From: an uncultured Planctomycetaceae bacterium
Lineage (GTDB): Bacteria; Planctomycetota; UBA8742; UBA2392
Assembly (NCBI GenBank): GCA_964652605.1
Contig: CAZZBH010000004.1
Coordinates: 310-64,309, forward strand
Direction of reading: 5' to 3'
Length of the DNA: 64,000 nt
How positions within the stretch are numbered: the stretch's first letter is position 1; each line of letters opens with the position of its first letter. The translations under genes and the position numbers were made by a program. Below the pieces are notes generated by a model. The model ran no database searches. It was given only the letters and a program-made list of their open reading frames with translations, and was not told where the DNA came from. This document shows, piece after piece, positions 1-8,483 of the stretch.

Positions 1-1
1 A

Positions 2-1549
2 AAAGACCTCAATGACGTAAAGCAGCCCTTTGCGGTCAAGACCGAGGCGCGCACACTGGATGACGCTCTCAAGGGTGCGGACGTCTTTTACGGCCTCAGC
101 AGCAAGGGTGCGCTGAAGCCCGAAGCGCTCAAGACCATGGCCGACAACCCGATTGTATTCGCCATGGCAAACCCCGACCCGGAGATCGAGTACGACGTTG
201 CTCGCGCCACACGCGCCGACGTAATCCTGGCGACCGGCCGCAGCGACTACCCGAATCAGGTCAACAACGTGCTGGGCTTTCCCTTCATCTTTCGCGGCGC
301 ACTGGATACTCGCAGCACGGCGATCAACGAAGAAATGAAGGTAGCGGCTGCGATGGCGCTGGCGCGCCTTGCCAAAGCCGAAGTGCCCGACAGCGTGTCG
401 CGCGCCTATGGCGGCAAGCGCCTGAAGTTCGGCCCCGACTACCTGATTCCTACGCCTTTTGACCCGCGCGTGCTGTACTACGTCGCGCCCGCGGTGGCAA
501 AGGCCGCCATGGAAAGCGGCGTCGCCCGCGTGCAGCTTGACCTTGACGAGTATCGCGAACGCCTGCGGCGCCAGACCGAGCCAGGCCGCGCCGTCATGGG
601 CGTGGCCATTCACAAGGCGCAGGAGCTGCGCAAGCGGCTTGCGTTGCCCGATGGCTCCGATGCCCGCGTGCTCGCTGTCGCGCGCCAGATCATCCGGGAC
701 GGCGTCGCGCTGCCCGTGCTCATCGGCGACGAGTCGAAAATTCGCGCCGCAATGAAGGGCTTTGAAACCGCCCAGTACGAAGTGGTTGACCCCAAAGCGC
801 CGCCCGACAACCCGCAACTGCACCAGCGCTGGAAAGAGCGCACGGGCATGTTCACCGAGTACGAAGAGATGGACAGCTACGCGCTCGCGGCCCTGATGAC
901 CGACCTGAGCCTGGTGGACGGCATGCTCAGCGCCGCTGACCGCATTTACCGCGAGACTGTGCCCAGCGTGCTGCGATTTGTCGGCAAGCGAAACCGCACA
1001 CGCCGCGTCATCGGCATGCACATCATGGTGCTCAAGAACCGGCTGCTGTTCTTTGCCGACACAACCCTGAACGTAAACCCCGAAGCCGAGGTGCTTGCCG
1101 ACTGCGGCCGCCTGTGCGCAGAGGCGGTGCAGGCGCTGGGCATCACGCCGCGCGTGGCATTCATCAGCTACAACAACTTCGGCGCCGCCAACCACCCGGA
1201 GTCAGAGAAAGCCCGCGTTGCGTGCGAGATGTTCAGGCAACTTTGCCCAGGGGTAGAAGCCATCGGCGAAGTCCAGGCCGATATCGCCATCAGCCCTGAC
1301 GAGTTCCGCAATGTGCTTGACGCTGAGCGCTGGCCCCAGCCGGCCAACGTGCTGATATTCCCCAATCTGGATTCCGCCAACGCGGCGTTCCGGCTTGTCC
1401 GGGTGGCGGGTGAAGCCACTGCGCTTGGCCCGCTGCTGCTGGGCCTGAAGCGCCCCGCCAACGTGATGCCACGCGGCAGCACAGTGCAGGACGCAGTAGC
1501 CATGGCGGCGGTAACGCTGGCAATGCCCGAGCTGGCGGGCGAGGCTTAG
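2..1549 (+). CDS. maeB: NADP-dependent malic enzyme (MaeB type), 5' end outside window
   Basis: Frame 2 is open from the window edge (KDLNDVKQPFAV...). Malic-enzyme NAD(P)-domain motifs VFAMANPDPEI and NNVLGFPFIFRGALD are followed by a ~320-aa phosphate-acetyltransferase-like C-terminal domain typical of MaeB. Confidence 0.9.
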   Translation, partial: KDLNDVKQPFAVKTEARTLDDALKGADVFYGLSSKGALKPEALKTMADNPIVFAMANPDPEIEYDVARATRADVILATGRSDYPNQVNNVLGFPFIFRGALDTRSTAINEEMKVAAAMALARLAKAEVPDSVSRAYGGKRLKFGPDYLIPTPFDPRVLYYVAPAVAKAAMESGVARVQLDLDEYRERLRRQTEPGRAVMGVAIHKAQELRKRLALPDGSDARVLAVARQIIRDGVALPVLIGDESKIRAAMKGFETAQYEVVDPKAPPDNPQLHQRWKERTGMFTEYEEMDSYALAALMTDLSLVDGMLSAADRIYRETVPSVLRFVGKRNRTRRVIGMHIMVLKNRLLFFADTTLNVNPEAEVLADCGRLCAEAVQALGITPRVAFISYNNFGAANHPESEKARVACEMFRQLCPGVEAIGEVQADIAISPDEFRNVLDAERWPQPANVLIFPNLDSANAAFRLVRVAGEATALGPLLLGLKRPANVMPRGSTVQDAVAMAAVTLAMPELAGEA

Positions 1550-1743
1550 GATCGCGCGGCAGTTCGCACGGTTCGCATGCGCGCGCAGTGACGCCGCTAG
1601 CGGGTGGCTGTTAAGCGAGGCGGGCGCCGCTTTCGCGACGCCCCACCTGTGTCGGGCCGAAGAAATGCCTGCCCCCCCATAACAGCAAGCACGTCCCTTT
1701 ACCGGCCCTTAATTCGTTCTGCGGGGGGTGAGGTATAGATTGT

Positions 1744-2532
1744 TTATCCACGACTTTCACCCATTTTTCCCGAACTTTCTTTCGGTCGCTTGGGCTGCAG
1801 TGCAAGCCTTGTCACACCCAGCAGGATCAGCACTCCGAACGCGGCCGTCAGTGCTCCTTGTGGCACCGCGTACGCCAGCGCGACACCACCAATCGCCGCG
1901 AGCGCCGCCACCGGTGTCACTGTGAGTACAAGCTTTCGGTCCACGTTTCCCGCACGCCAGTGCAGCCATGCCCCCACCAGGCTGGTCGGCAGAATCATTG
2001 CCAGGCTGGTCGCCCGCGCGGCCGTAAACTGCTCGCCGTACAACGCAAACCCGATGGCCAATGCAGGCACGGCAACCACGCCGCCGCCCAGGCCGAACAG
2101 CGCCGACACCACACCGGCGATCAGCCCGATTGTCAGCAGAAACAGCGCGTGGCTGGGATGCGACAGCTCCGGCGCGGATTCAAACAGCGCCGGCAACTCC
2201 GGCCACAGGCCCAGCATGCGCGCTGCAGCCAGAGTCATCACCACACAGAACGCGAGACGAAACGGCTTCTCCGGCAGCGCTCGATGAATCCGCTTGCCAA
2301 CAAACGCGCCGGCCACTGCACCGGTCGCCAGAAGCGCCGCCACCCACCCGTGCACGTCGCCTGGCTCGCGCACGAGCTGCGCCACAAGACCAACGGCAAT
2401 CACGGCAACGATCACGGCCAGGCTTGTGCCGGCCGCGCGTTTGACATCCATGATTCCAAGCATGGCAAACAGCGGCACCATCACCAAGCCACCACCGACA
2501 CCAAGCATGGTGCTGATCAAGCCGGCAAGCAT
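1744..2532 (-). CDS. TauE/SafE family sulfite/anion exporter membrane protein
   Basis: Polytopic membrane protein with the duplicated GxGGG motif (MLGVGGGLVMVPL and LFGLGGGVVAVPAL). The longest ORF (to 2757) overlaps the neighbouring gene with low-complexity sequence, so ATG 2532 was chosen; the start is uncertain. Confidence 0.75.
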   Translation of the reverse strand: MLAGLISTMLGVGGGLVMVPLFAMLGIMDVKRAAGTSLAVIVAVIAVGLVAQLVREPGDVHGWVAALLATGAVAGAFVGKRIHRALPEKPFRLAFCVVMTLAAARMLGLWPELPALFESAPELSHPSHALFLLTIGLIAGVVSALFGLGGGVVAVPALAIGFALYGEQFTAARATSLAMILPTSLVGAWLHWRAGNVDRKLVLTVTPVAALAAIGGVALAYAVPQGALTAAFGVLILLGVTRLALQPKRPKESSGKMGESRG

Positions 2533-2584
2533 GGCTACGGCCGCGGCTCGAATGTTTCGGTTGGCGTGTAGTTGCGGCACGAGC

Positions 2585-4093
2585 CTACCGGAACTTGCGC
2601 GCAGGGGCAGCCGGCGCAGCGTCATCCGCCTCTTCCGGCGCGGGCTGCGGTGCTTCTTCCGGATCGGGCTGCTCGTGCTCTTCTTTGGGCTGGTCGGGGT
2701 CAGCCTGCACTCGGCCCTGGGCGTTGAAGGTGATGTCGGCAGCGTGGCCTGTTCCACCCTCTGAGCTGTCGCTGCCCAGACAGATTAGCTCGAACGTGCC
2801 ATCTTTCTTGGCCTCGTAGAGAAACGCCGCGTCCCAGGGGTCCTTGGGCACTTCGCCGCCAGGAAGCTTCTCTCGAATCGCCTCAAGGTCATCGGGAAAC
2901 TCGCCGGTTTCGGCTTTGTGCGCGTTCAGTTGCTCAGCAATGGCGCGCATCTGCTCAGCAGCCACTTCAGCCAGTGCTTCCTGATCTTCGGCGTCGTCCT
3001 TTGCGGGCCTGCGCATTACTACCGGGGTGGACGAGTCCCCGCCCCACTCGTCCATCGCAACCTGCCCGGGTGGCGGAAACAGCACGTCCTGGTCATCGCC
3101 GACACCCCCGGCTTTGCCGTCCTGGCCCAGGCCGACTATCGCGAAGTCCTGGTCACTCATTCGCAGGTAAACGTACTCATTGCCCCAACGGTCGTTGGGG
3201 ATGCCCCCCCACTGCCTGATGGCGTCGCCCTTGCCTTCGGGCAGCGGGCGAGTCAGGTCCGCCAGCTCATCCGGCACCTTGCCGACTGCGCCGCGATAGC
3301 GAACAACCTCCGACGCAAGCTGCTGCGCCTGCCAGTCGTACATGCCGCCGCGCCAGCCGTGGCGCTCGCCTAGCTGGCGCACGTGGCCGCGAATCTCGCG
3401 CTCAGCCACCACGAAGTCGGCGCTGCGGCCTGTGCCGCCCTTTTCGCCGCCTTCGCCCCAGCAGATCACCGCCACGTTTTCGTGCGGCAACACGCGCAGT
3501 TCAAATGCGTTCCCCCAGGGGTCGGTCAGGCAGGCGTTGATGGCTTTGTCCTGGTCAGAATCGCCGGCGCGCCGGATATCCTGCATGCCCGCCGGCCACT
3601 TGCCCGCGTCGCGCCGGTGCTTCAGTGCCTCCAAGCCGGCTACCAGCATGCGGCGGCGCGCCAGCGCGATGCGCGCCTCGTGCCTTGCGGCGTCGCGCCT
3701 GGCCTCAAGCTCCTGCTTCTGTTCGGTGGTCAATTGCAGAACTTCGCCTGTGTCGGTCCAGACAATGTCGGCAGCCGCGCCGTCACCGCCGGGTTTGCCG
3801 TCTGCGCCATGGCTGGTGAGTTTGAAGCCGTCGGCTTCGTCGCGTTCGTACACAATCGCGCGACCCCAGGAGTCTTTGGGAAGCTCCTCGCGCAGCCTGG
3901 CTTCGACCAGGGCGTTGAGTTGCTCGGGGTACTGGCCTTCGTGCGTGCCGGCCCAGGCCTCCAGGTCCAATGCAAGGCTGCGCAACACCTCGCGCGTTTC
4001 GCGCATCTTTGTGCGCTCGGCGCTGGTGACGGGCGCTTGCGCGCACAACACGCCGGCAAGCAAGGGAAGAAGCAGCAGCAAGGCAAGGCGCAT
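2585..4093 (-). CDS. Secreted protein with four tandem GspG (type II secretion pseudopilin) C-terminal-like domains and a Pro/Glu-rich tail
   Basis: Internal ATG 4093 gives the signal peptide MRLALLLLLPLLAGVLCAQA. The pattern helix + (P)xDPWG...[FY]x[YL]...G.DG..GG.G...D[IFV] occurs four times (KDSWGRAIVYE..HGADGKPGGDG; TDPWGNAFEL..GEGGEKGGTG; NDRWGNEYVY..GQDGKAGGVG; KDPWDAAFLY..GSDSSEGGTG). Confidence 0.8.
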   Translation of the reverse strand: MRLALLLLLPLLAGVLCAQAPVTSAERTKMRETREVLRSLALDLEAWAGTHEGQYPEQLNALVEARLREELPKDSWGRAIVYERDEADGFKLTSHGADGKPGGDGAAADIVWTDTGEVLQLTTEQKQELEARRDAARHEARIALARRRMLVAGLEALKHRRDAGKWPAGMQDIRRAGDSDQDKAINACLTDPWGNAFELRVLPHENVAVICWGEGGEKGGTGRSADFVVAEREIRGHVRQLGERHGWRGGMYDWQAQQLASEVVRYRGAVGKVPDELADLTRPLPEGKGDAIRQWGGIPNDRWGNEYVYLRMSDQDFAIVGLGQDGKAGGVGDDQDVLFPPPGQVAMDEWGGDSSTPVVMRRPAKDDAEDQEALAEVAAEQMRAIAEQLNAHKAETGEFPDDLEAIREKLPGGEVPKDPWDAAFLYEAKKDGTFELICLGSDSSEGGTGHAADITFNAQGRVQADPDQPKEEHEQPDPEEAPQPAPEEADDAAPAAPARKFR

Positions 4094-4211
4094 GGCAACC
4101 TCCGGGCGTTTTATCTTAGGGGCAACGCACTGCGGCACAAGGCGCCCCCTTGACGCAGGCAAGTCGCATAATACGGTTTGCGCGCCTTCTGCTTCCCTGC
4201 GGAAGGCCAAA

Positions 4212-4286
4212 TCCGCCGTAGCTCAATGGTAGAGCATTCGACTGTTAATCGACAGGTTGCTGGTTCGAGTCCAGCCGGCGGAGCCA
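4212..4286 (+). tRNA. tRNA-Asn (anticodon GTT), CCA encoded
   Basis: Cloverleaf read by hand: acceptor TCCGCCG/CGGCGGA, D arm GCTC-AATGGTA-GAGC, anticodon loop CTGTTAA, T arm GCTGG-TTCGAGT-CCAGC, discriminator G, then CCA. Confidence 0.95.
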
Positions 4287-4616
4287 TTTTTTCCTGTTCT
4301 TCGCCGAGCGGGCGCGCCTTCACTGACGCTACGTTTACGCCCGGCGTCGCCCGCCTGCGGGCGGGCTTGGGCCGGGCTACTACGCTTTCAAGACAGTCCG
4401 CCGGACTGTCTTGAGGTTGCTGGTTCGAGTCCAGCCGGCGGAGCCATTTTTTCCTGTTCTTCGCCGAGCGGGCGCGCCTTCACTGACGCTACGTTTACGC
4501 CCGGCGTCGCCCGCCTGCGGGCGGGCTTGGGCCGTGCTACTACGCTTTCAAGACAGTCCGCTGGACTGTCTTGAGGTTGCTGGTTCGAGTCCAGCCGGCG
4601 GAGCCATTCTTTCCTG
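4254..4616 (+). repeat. 160-bp tandem repeat (2.3 units); each unit starts with the last 33 nt of tRNA-Asn
   Basis: Units 4254..4413 and 4414..4573 differ at 2 positions (4375 g/4535 t; 4402 c/4562 t). A third partial unit runs 4574..~4616. Each unit contains hairpin GCCCGCC-TGCG-GGCGGGC (4349..4366) and the 21-nt palindrome AGACAGTCC-GCC-GGACTGTCT (4391..4411). Confidence 0.95.
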
Positions 4617-4640
4617 GCACCACTTCGTTTGATGCGCTGC

Positions 4641-4925
4641 TCAGTCCGGACGGAAGGCAAGACCCTTCTGGCTCAGCGCCTCGCCGAGGATGCGAACCGC
4701 CTTGGGACCCACCCCGTGAATTGCCAGCAACTGCTTCTTTGAGCGCTTCGCCACGCGGGAAAGGCTGGTGATGCCATGGACGGCAAGCTCCCGGGCCGCT
4801 GTCTTTCCGATTTCGTGTGGCAGATCGCCCACCGGTCGCACGTCAGGTGTTCCCACTGCTACTCTCCTTCCTCGCGAGCATAAAATCAGTCGTGCCGTCG
4901 CTCCACCCAAGTGGCGCGGGGACAT
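4641..4925 (-). CDS. Small helix-hairpin-helix (HhH)2 DNA-binding-like protein; start uncertain
   Basis: Two HhH-like motifs are present (LPHEIGKTAAREL and LLAIHGVGPKAVRILGEAL). The N-terminal ~30 aa of the longest ORF look non-genic, so the true start may be GTG near 4832. Confidence 0.55.
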   Translation of the reverse strand: MSPRHLGGATARLILCSRGRRVAVGTPDVRPVGDLPHEIGKTAARELAVHGITSLSRVAKRSKKQLLAIHGVGPKAVRILGEALSQKGLAFRPD

Positions 4926-4949
4926 TCGGGAATCATTCGACCGCTGGCG

Positions 4950-6032
4950 CTACGCTCGCTCCCAGCGCACCTTGTGGTAGATGCGCGTGGCGATGGCGTC
5001 GAGGATCATCAGTCCGCCGAACGTCACCGGCCAGAAGTGCGGAAACAACTCGCCCCAGGCCATCCATAGCAGCAGCGTGGCGAAACCGGCAGCGTTGACC
5101 AGCACAGCCGTCAGGAACAACTGCCGCGAAAACTTGAACCCGATAATCGCGCCCAGCACCACACCGCCACCCAGGCCGAAGATGGAGTACAGCTCGCTGG
5201 ACGTCGCCAGATACACGCCACCGCCAAGCAAAGTCCCGCCCAGGATGGTGCCGGCGAGCGTCACATTCACCAGCATGTTCGCCAGCAGCAGCCGAGGCGC
5301 CAGCGCCGCACCCAGCAACGCCCCTGCCCCAGCACTGACCGCCACAATCCACGTCTCAAGCCCCAGAAAGAAGGCAACCGTGCCTACCACACCGCCCACC
5401 AGCAAAGCTGCCAGCAGACGCACGAACACAGCCATCAGGATCAGGCCAAGCCCGCCGATCAGCAACGCCGCCAGCGTAGCGAGCCGCCGGTAAGACTCGT
5501 AATTGTCTCCGGCGATCCGGGCTACCTCGGCGCGAATGGACTCAAGCGTCAGGGGCAGTGCCGTTGCTTCAGGCTCGGGCACGGGCTGCGGCGCCGCTGT
5601 CGGCGGTGGCTCTTCCGTCGGCTGCTGCAACGGGTGTTCCCGCCGCAGCCGGTCGGCGTCTTCGCGAAAGGCGCGTTGCCGCTTGCGCACTTCCAGCATA
5701 CGCTCCCGGATGCGCTCGCGGTCGTTGAACATCTCGTTGCCCTCTCGGGCGGCTTCTGCCTCTTCCTGGGTAAGCAGGTTGGTGTCTTCGGCTTTGTTGA
5801 TCAGGTGCTTGCGCTCGACGCGCTGCGCGAGTTCGCCCACGCCGATGCATATCAACAGCGCGATCAGTACCCACTTCAGCGGCAGGTCGGTCAGTCGCGC
5901 GGCTGCGGGCAAAGGCTCGCGTTCAAGCCGTACCTTTTCGTCCTGTTCAATGTCCGTGACGCTGCGCGCGTCCACGCCATCGAACGGGTCGGTCTGATGA
6001 TCCTGAAAGCCGGGCTTGGGGCGCTGGGGCAT
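4950..6032 (-). CDS. Hypothetical membrane protein (charged coiled-coil N-terminal half, Gly/Leu-rich multi-TM C-terminal half)
   Basis: 360-aa ORF directly downstream of prkA on the same strand, with one early TM, an E/R-rich segment, a Pro-rich linker and then about 6 hydrophobic helices. I recognised no family motif. Confidence 0.7.
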   Translation of the reverse strand: MPQRPKPGFQDHQTDPFDGVDARSVTDIEQDEKVRLEREPLPAAARLTDLPLKWVLIALLICIGVGELAQRVERKHLINKAEDTNLLTQEEAEAAREGNEMFNDRERIRERMLEVRKRQRAFREDADRLRREHPLQQPTEEPPPTAAPQPVPEPEATALPLTLESIRAEVARIAGDNYESYRRLATLAALLIGGLGLILMAVFVRLLAALLVGGVVGTVAFFLGLETWIVAVSAGAGALLGAALAPRLLLANMLVNVTLAGTILGGTLLGGGVYLATSSELYSIFGLGGGVVLGAIIGFKFSRQLFLTAVLVNAAGFATLLLWMAWGELFPHFWPVTFGGLMILDAIATRIYHKVRWERA

Positions 6033-6101
6033 GGTCCATCCGTTAGAGTCGCCGGGATGTCAGCAACGGCTTTCAAACACTCCTGACGAATGACAACTCC
6101 A

Positions 6102-8372
6102 TTACCCCAGACGCTTGTCGATGAAGTAGAGAATTACCGGCTTGGCGCATTCGTAGCAGTAGCCGTATGTACGATCCATATTATCGATCAGCGTGACAAT
6201 GGAGTTGCGCACGCTTTCGGACTCGCGTTGCAGGTGCTGCTGCAGCTCGTCGCGCGACTTGCACTTTTCGAGGTGGCGCTTCACGCCGGACCAGTTGACC
6301 TGGTCACGCATCTCGCGGTACAGGCTGCGGTGCATTTCCTGAAAGACGTCCTGGTACACATCCTGCAGGTCAATGGCTTGCTCTGCGCCTGCGACAACCT
6401 TGCGGGTGCCGCTGGTCAGCGCGTTGGTGAGGCGTGACACCATCTTGAAGCGGAAAAACTCGCGCTCTGAATCCTCGACGTTCATGAGCGTCTCTACGCC
6501 GCGCATCATGTTTTCGTCGGGGCTCACGTCCTTGCCGGTGGTTTCGTTCTTCAGCTTCTCCTTGCGGTTGTGCGCGGTTACGTGTTGCAGGTAGTGGCGG
6601 ATGCGCTTTTCGATATCGCCCGGATCGACGTTGACGATGCTGTTCTCGACCTCGCTGGCAATGATCTCGTCGTAACGCTGCCGCAGCGTCTGCGTGAAAC
6701 TGCGAAAGTCGTGGTAGCCGTCATCGCGCTGACGCGCCAGAAAGTCGTAGTTTACCGGCCCCTGGTCCACGACCTTTTCCAGCAGCTTGAACACCGCAAA
6801 GGGAGTGATGCAGTCGGTGTTGTCGTCCTCGCAGATGTCCGCGAACACATTCTGCAGGATGCGCGTCGGGATTCCGTCCATGCCCTCGTGCGGAAACTCG
6901 TTGCGCAATCGCTTGCGCACTTCGCGCGAAAGCGCCTGCCGCTCGCGGTTGGTAAGCGAAGGCGGGTACTCGCCGGCGTACAGCAGCACCTTTGCCAGCG
7001 GGTTGAGCTTGGCCAGCACAGAGCGCGCCTCCTCAGGCATTTCGGCCTCGTTGGGCAGGTCTGACTTTTCGACGCGCGTCATCACGGCCCAGCTTGCAGC
7101 AAGCTCCGTCGCGTGCGGCGCGATGCGGTGGTAGCGCTTGGCCTGCCGCAGCCCGCGGTTGTAGATCTTTTCCTCGTCGTGGTAGTTCAGCAGGTACGGC
7201 ACGTCAATTTTTCGCATGCGCGAGCGCAGCGCCTTCGACAGCGGGTCGCTGCGCAGCGCCTGGTACTCGGCCAGGTTGGTGGTGCCCAGGATCATCACGT
7301 CGATGTCGCAACCGACTTCGCCGAAGTCCATCTTGTGCTCTTCCACAGCCGCCAGCAGATGCTGAAGGTAGTTGCTGGGCTTCTTGAAGATGTCGCTGTA
7401 GTGCACAAGGCCGCGGTTGCCGCGCACGTACTTGCCGTGGTAGCGCACCAGGTTCACGCTGCCGACCAGGTTGGCGATGTACTTGTAGTTCTCGTCTATG
7501 GTGACGGGGGTGCTGGCGGTTTCGACGTTGCCCTCGGGCGGGACTTTTGCGATGCCAACGCCGCCGCTTTCGCTGAACTGAATGCGGCGCACCTGCACGT
7601 GATCCATTACGCGCATCCAGTCACCCTTGTAGCGGCGCATCAGAAATTCGTAGATCTGGCGCGAGTTGAAATCCAGGTCGCCTTCCAGGACCTTGTGCGG
7701 GATGGGGTAGCGGTCATCCAGCTTGTTCTGTCGGAACAGCTTTTCCAGCAGGTCGCGCCGCGCACCCTTGGGGATCAGGTACAGCGGGTGCTCGCGCATC
7801 TGGCTTGGCAGGATCGCCACCGGGTCGTGCATGCCGGCCACGTCGGGCTTGCTGCCACTGCCGAAGCCGAGCGTGCCGCCGTCCACATTGTGGAAGTCTT
7901 TGCCGAAGCGCCAGGCAAACGAGTACACGGCGCCTTCTTCGGTGGAAGTGTAGGCCTCGAGGCCGCGGCCGATCAGGTCAATGATGCTGGTTTTGGCTGT
8001 GCCGACGGGGCCGTGCAGGACAAAGATGCGCTCTTTGCCTTCTTCGCGTGCGCCGGCGCGGATGTACTTGACGAGCTTGCTGATGGTGCGCTCGAGGCCA
8101 TAGATGGCGTTGCGTCCCTGCTGGAAGGGGTCATCGAACAGCTTGAAGCGCCGCACCTGCTCGCCGGAATCTTCAAACACGTCCGAGCCGAAGTGCTGGA
8201 TCATGTCGAACGTGAGCTGGTAGGTGGTGCGCGTGTGCCGGTAGGGCTCGGCACAGACCAGGTCGAGGTACTCCAGGTAGCTGCCCTCCCAGGCCACTTC
8301 CTTGAAGTGCTCGCGATTGCGCTCAACGATGAAATCGGTAATCGATGCTTCGTTAATGCGGGGACGATCCAT
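6102..8372 (-). CDS. prkA: PrkA family serine protein kinase (AAA-like N-domain)
   Basis: The N-terminus WEGSYLEYLDLV... and the Walker A-like VLHGPVGTAKTS are typical of PrkA/YeaG, with full-length similarity by eye. ATG 8372 (MDRPRINE...) is preferred over TTG 8387. Confidence 0.9.
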   Translation of the reverse strand: MDRPRINEASITDFIVERNREHFKEVAWEGSYLEYLDLVCAEPYRHTRTTYQLTFDMIQHFGSDVFEDSGEQVRRFKLFDDPFQQGRNAIYGLERTISKLVKYIRAGAREEGKERIFVLHGPVGTAKTSIIDLIGRGLEAYTSTEEGAVYSFAWRFGKDFHNVDGGTLGFGSGSKPDVAGMHDPVAILPSQMREHPLYLIPKGARRDLLEKLFRQNKLDDRYPIPHKVLEGDLDFNSRQIYEFLMRRYKGDWMRVMDHVQVRRIQFSESGGVGIAKVPPEGNVETASTPVTIDENYKYIANLVGSVNLVRYHGKYVRGNRGLVHYSDIFKKPSNYLQHLLAAVEEHKMDFGEVGCDIDVMILGTTNLAEYQALRSDPLSKALRSRMRKIDVPYLLNYHDEEKIYNRGLRQAKRYHRIAPHATELAASWAVMTRVEKSDLPNEAEMPEEARSVLAKLNPLAKVLLYAGEYPPSLTNRERQALSREVRKRLRNEFPHEGMDGIPTRILQNVFADICEDDNTDCITPFAVFKLLEKVVDQGPVNYDFLARQRDDGYHDFRSFTQTLRQRYDEIIASEVENSIVNVDPGDIEKRIRHYLQHVTAHNRKEKLKNETTGKDVSPDENMMRGVETLMNVEDSEREFFRFKMVSRLTNALTSGTRKVVAGAEQAIDLQDVYQDVFQEMHRSLYREMRDQVNWSGVKRHLEKCKSRDELQQHLQRESESVRNSIVTLIDNMDRTYGYCYECAKPVILYFIDKRLG

Positions 8373-8374
8373 GG

Positions 8375-8411
8375 CCCCAATGATCAATGATCAATGCGCA
8401 ATGATCAATGG
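8375..8411 (-). repeat. 37-nt CATTGRTCATT-type repeat element immediately upstream of the prkA start
   Basis: The minus strand reads CCATTGATCATTGCGCATTGATCATTGATCATTGGGG. It shares architecture and 29/37 identity with 35658..35694 (+). Confidence 0.8.
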
Positions 8412-8483
8412 CCTGCGAATCAGGTTTGGCCGGGGGCTCCCCAAAGGCCGGGATATTGGACTACCGCGCCGAGTTCACTCGGG

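Noticed and set aside
1744-2757. The full 337-aa ORF as the TauE protein.
   Set aside because: The first ~75 codons are Pro/Ser/Arg/Lys-rich and overlap the 3' end of the neighbouring GspG-repeat gene. The membrane domain starts near ATG 2532.
4397-4446. Extra tRNA genes or pseudo-tRNAs inside the 160-bp repeat units.
   Set aside because: Only the variable loop, T arm and 3' acceptor strand are duplicated, and there is no D arm or anticodon arm. At best they form an acceptor/T-arm minihelix, which I report as a speculative finding rather than a tRNA feature.
4212-4925. An integrated mobile element or genomic island at tRNA-Asn.
   Set aside because: No integrase, excisionase or phage/ICE genes lie downstream. 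The duplicated att-like segments are separated by only ~127 bp of non-coding sequence.
6102-8372. A prkA-yeaH(DUF444)-spoVR stress operon.
   Set aside because: Only prkA is present. The downstream same-strand gene is an unrelated membrane protein, and no DUF444 or SpoVR motifs were seen in any frame nearby.
7113-8390. Many long ORFs lie antisense to, or out of frame with, clearly homologous genes. Examples are 7113..8390 +, 21923..23254 -, 31740..32810 -, 37947..38984 +, 40624..41757 -, 52683..54026 -, 56228..57703 - and 60208..61479 -.
   Set aside because: They are high-GC artefacts. Their translations are Arg/Ala/Gly/His-rich low-complexity sequence, while the opposite strand or frame encodes proteins with unambiguous family motifs (PrkA, HK, Lon, PDZ protein, SufB, SufS and others).
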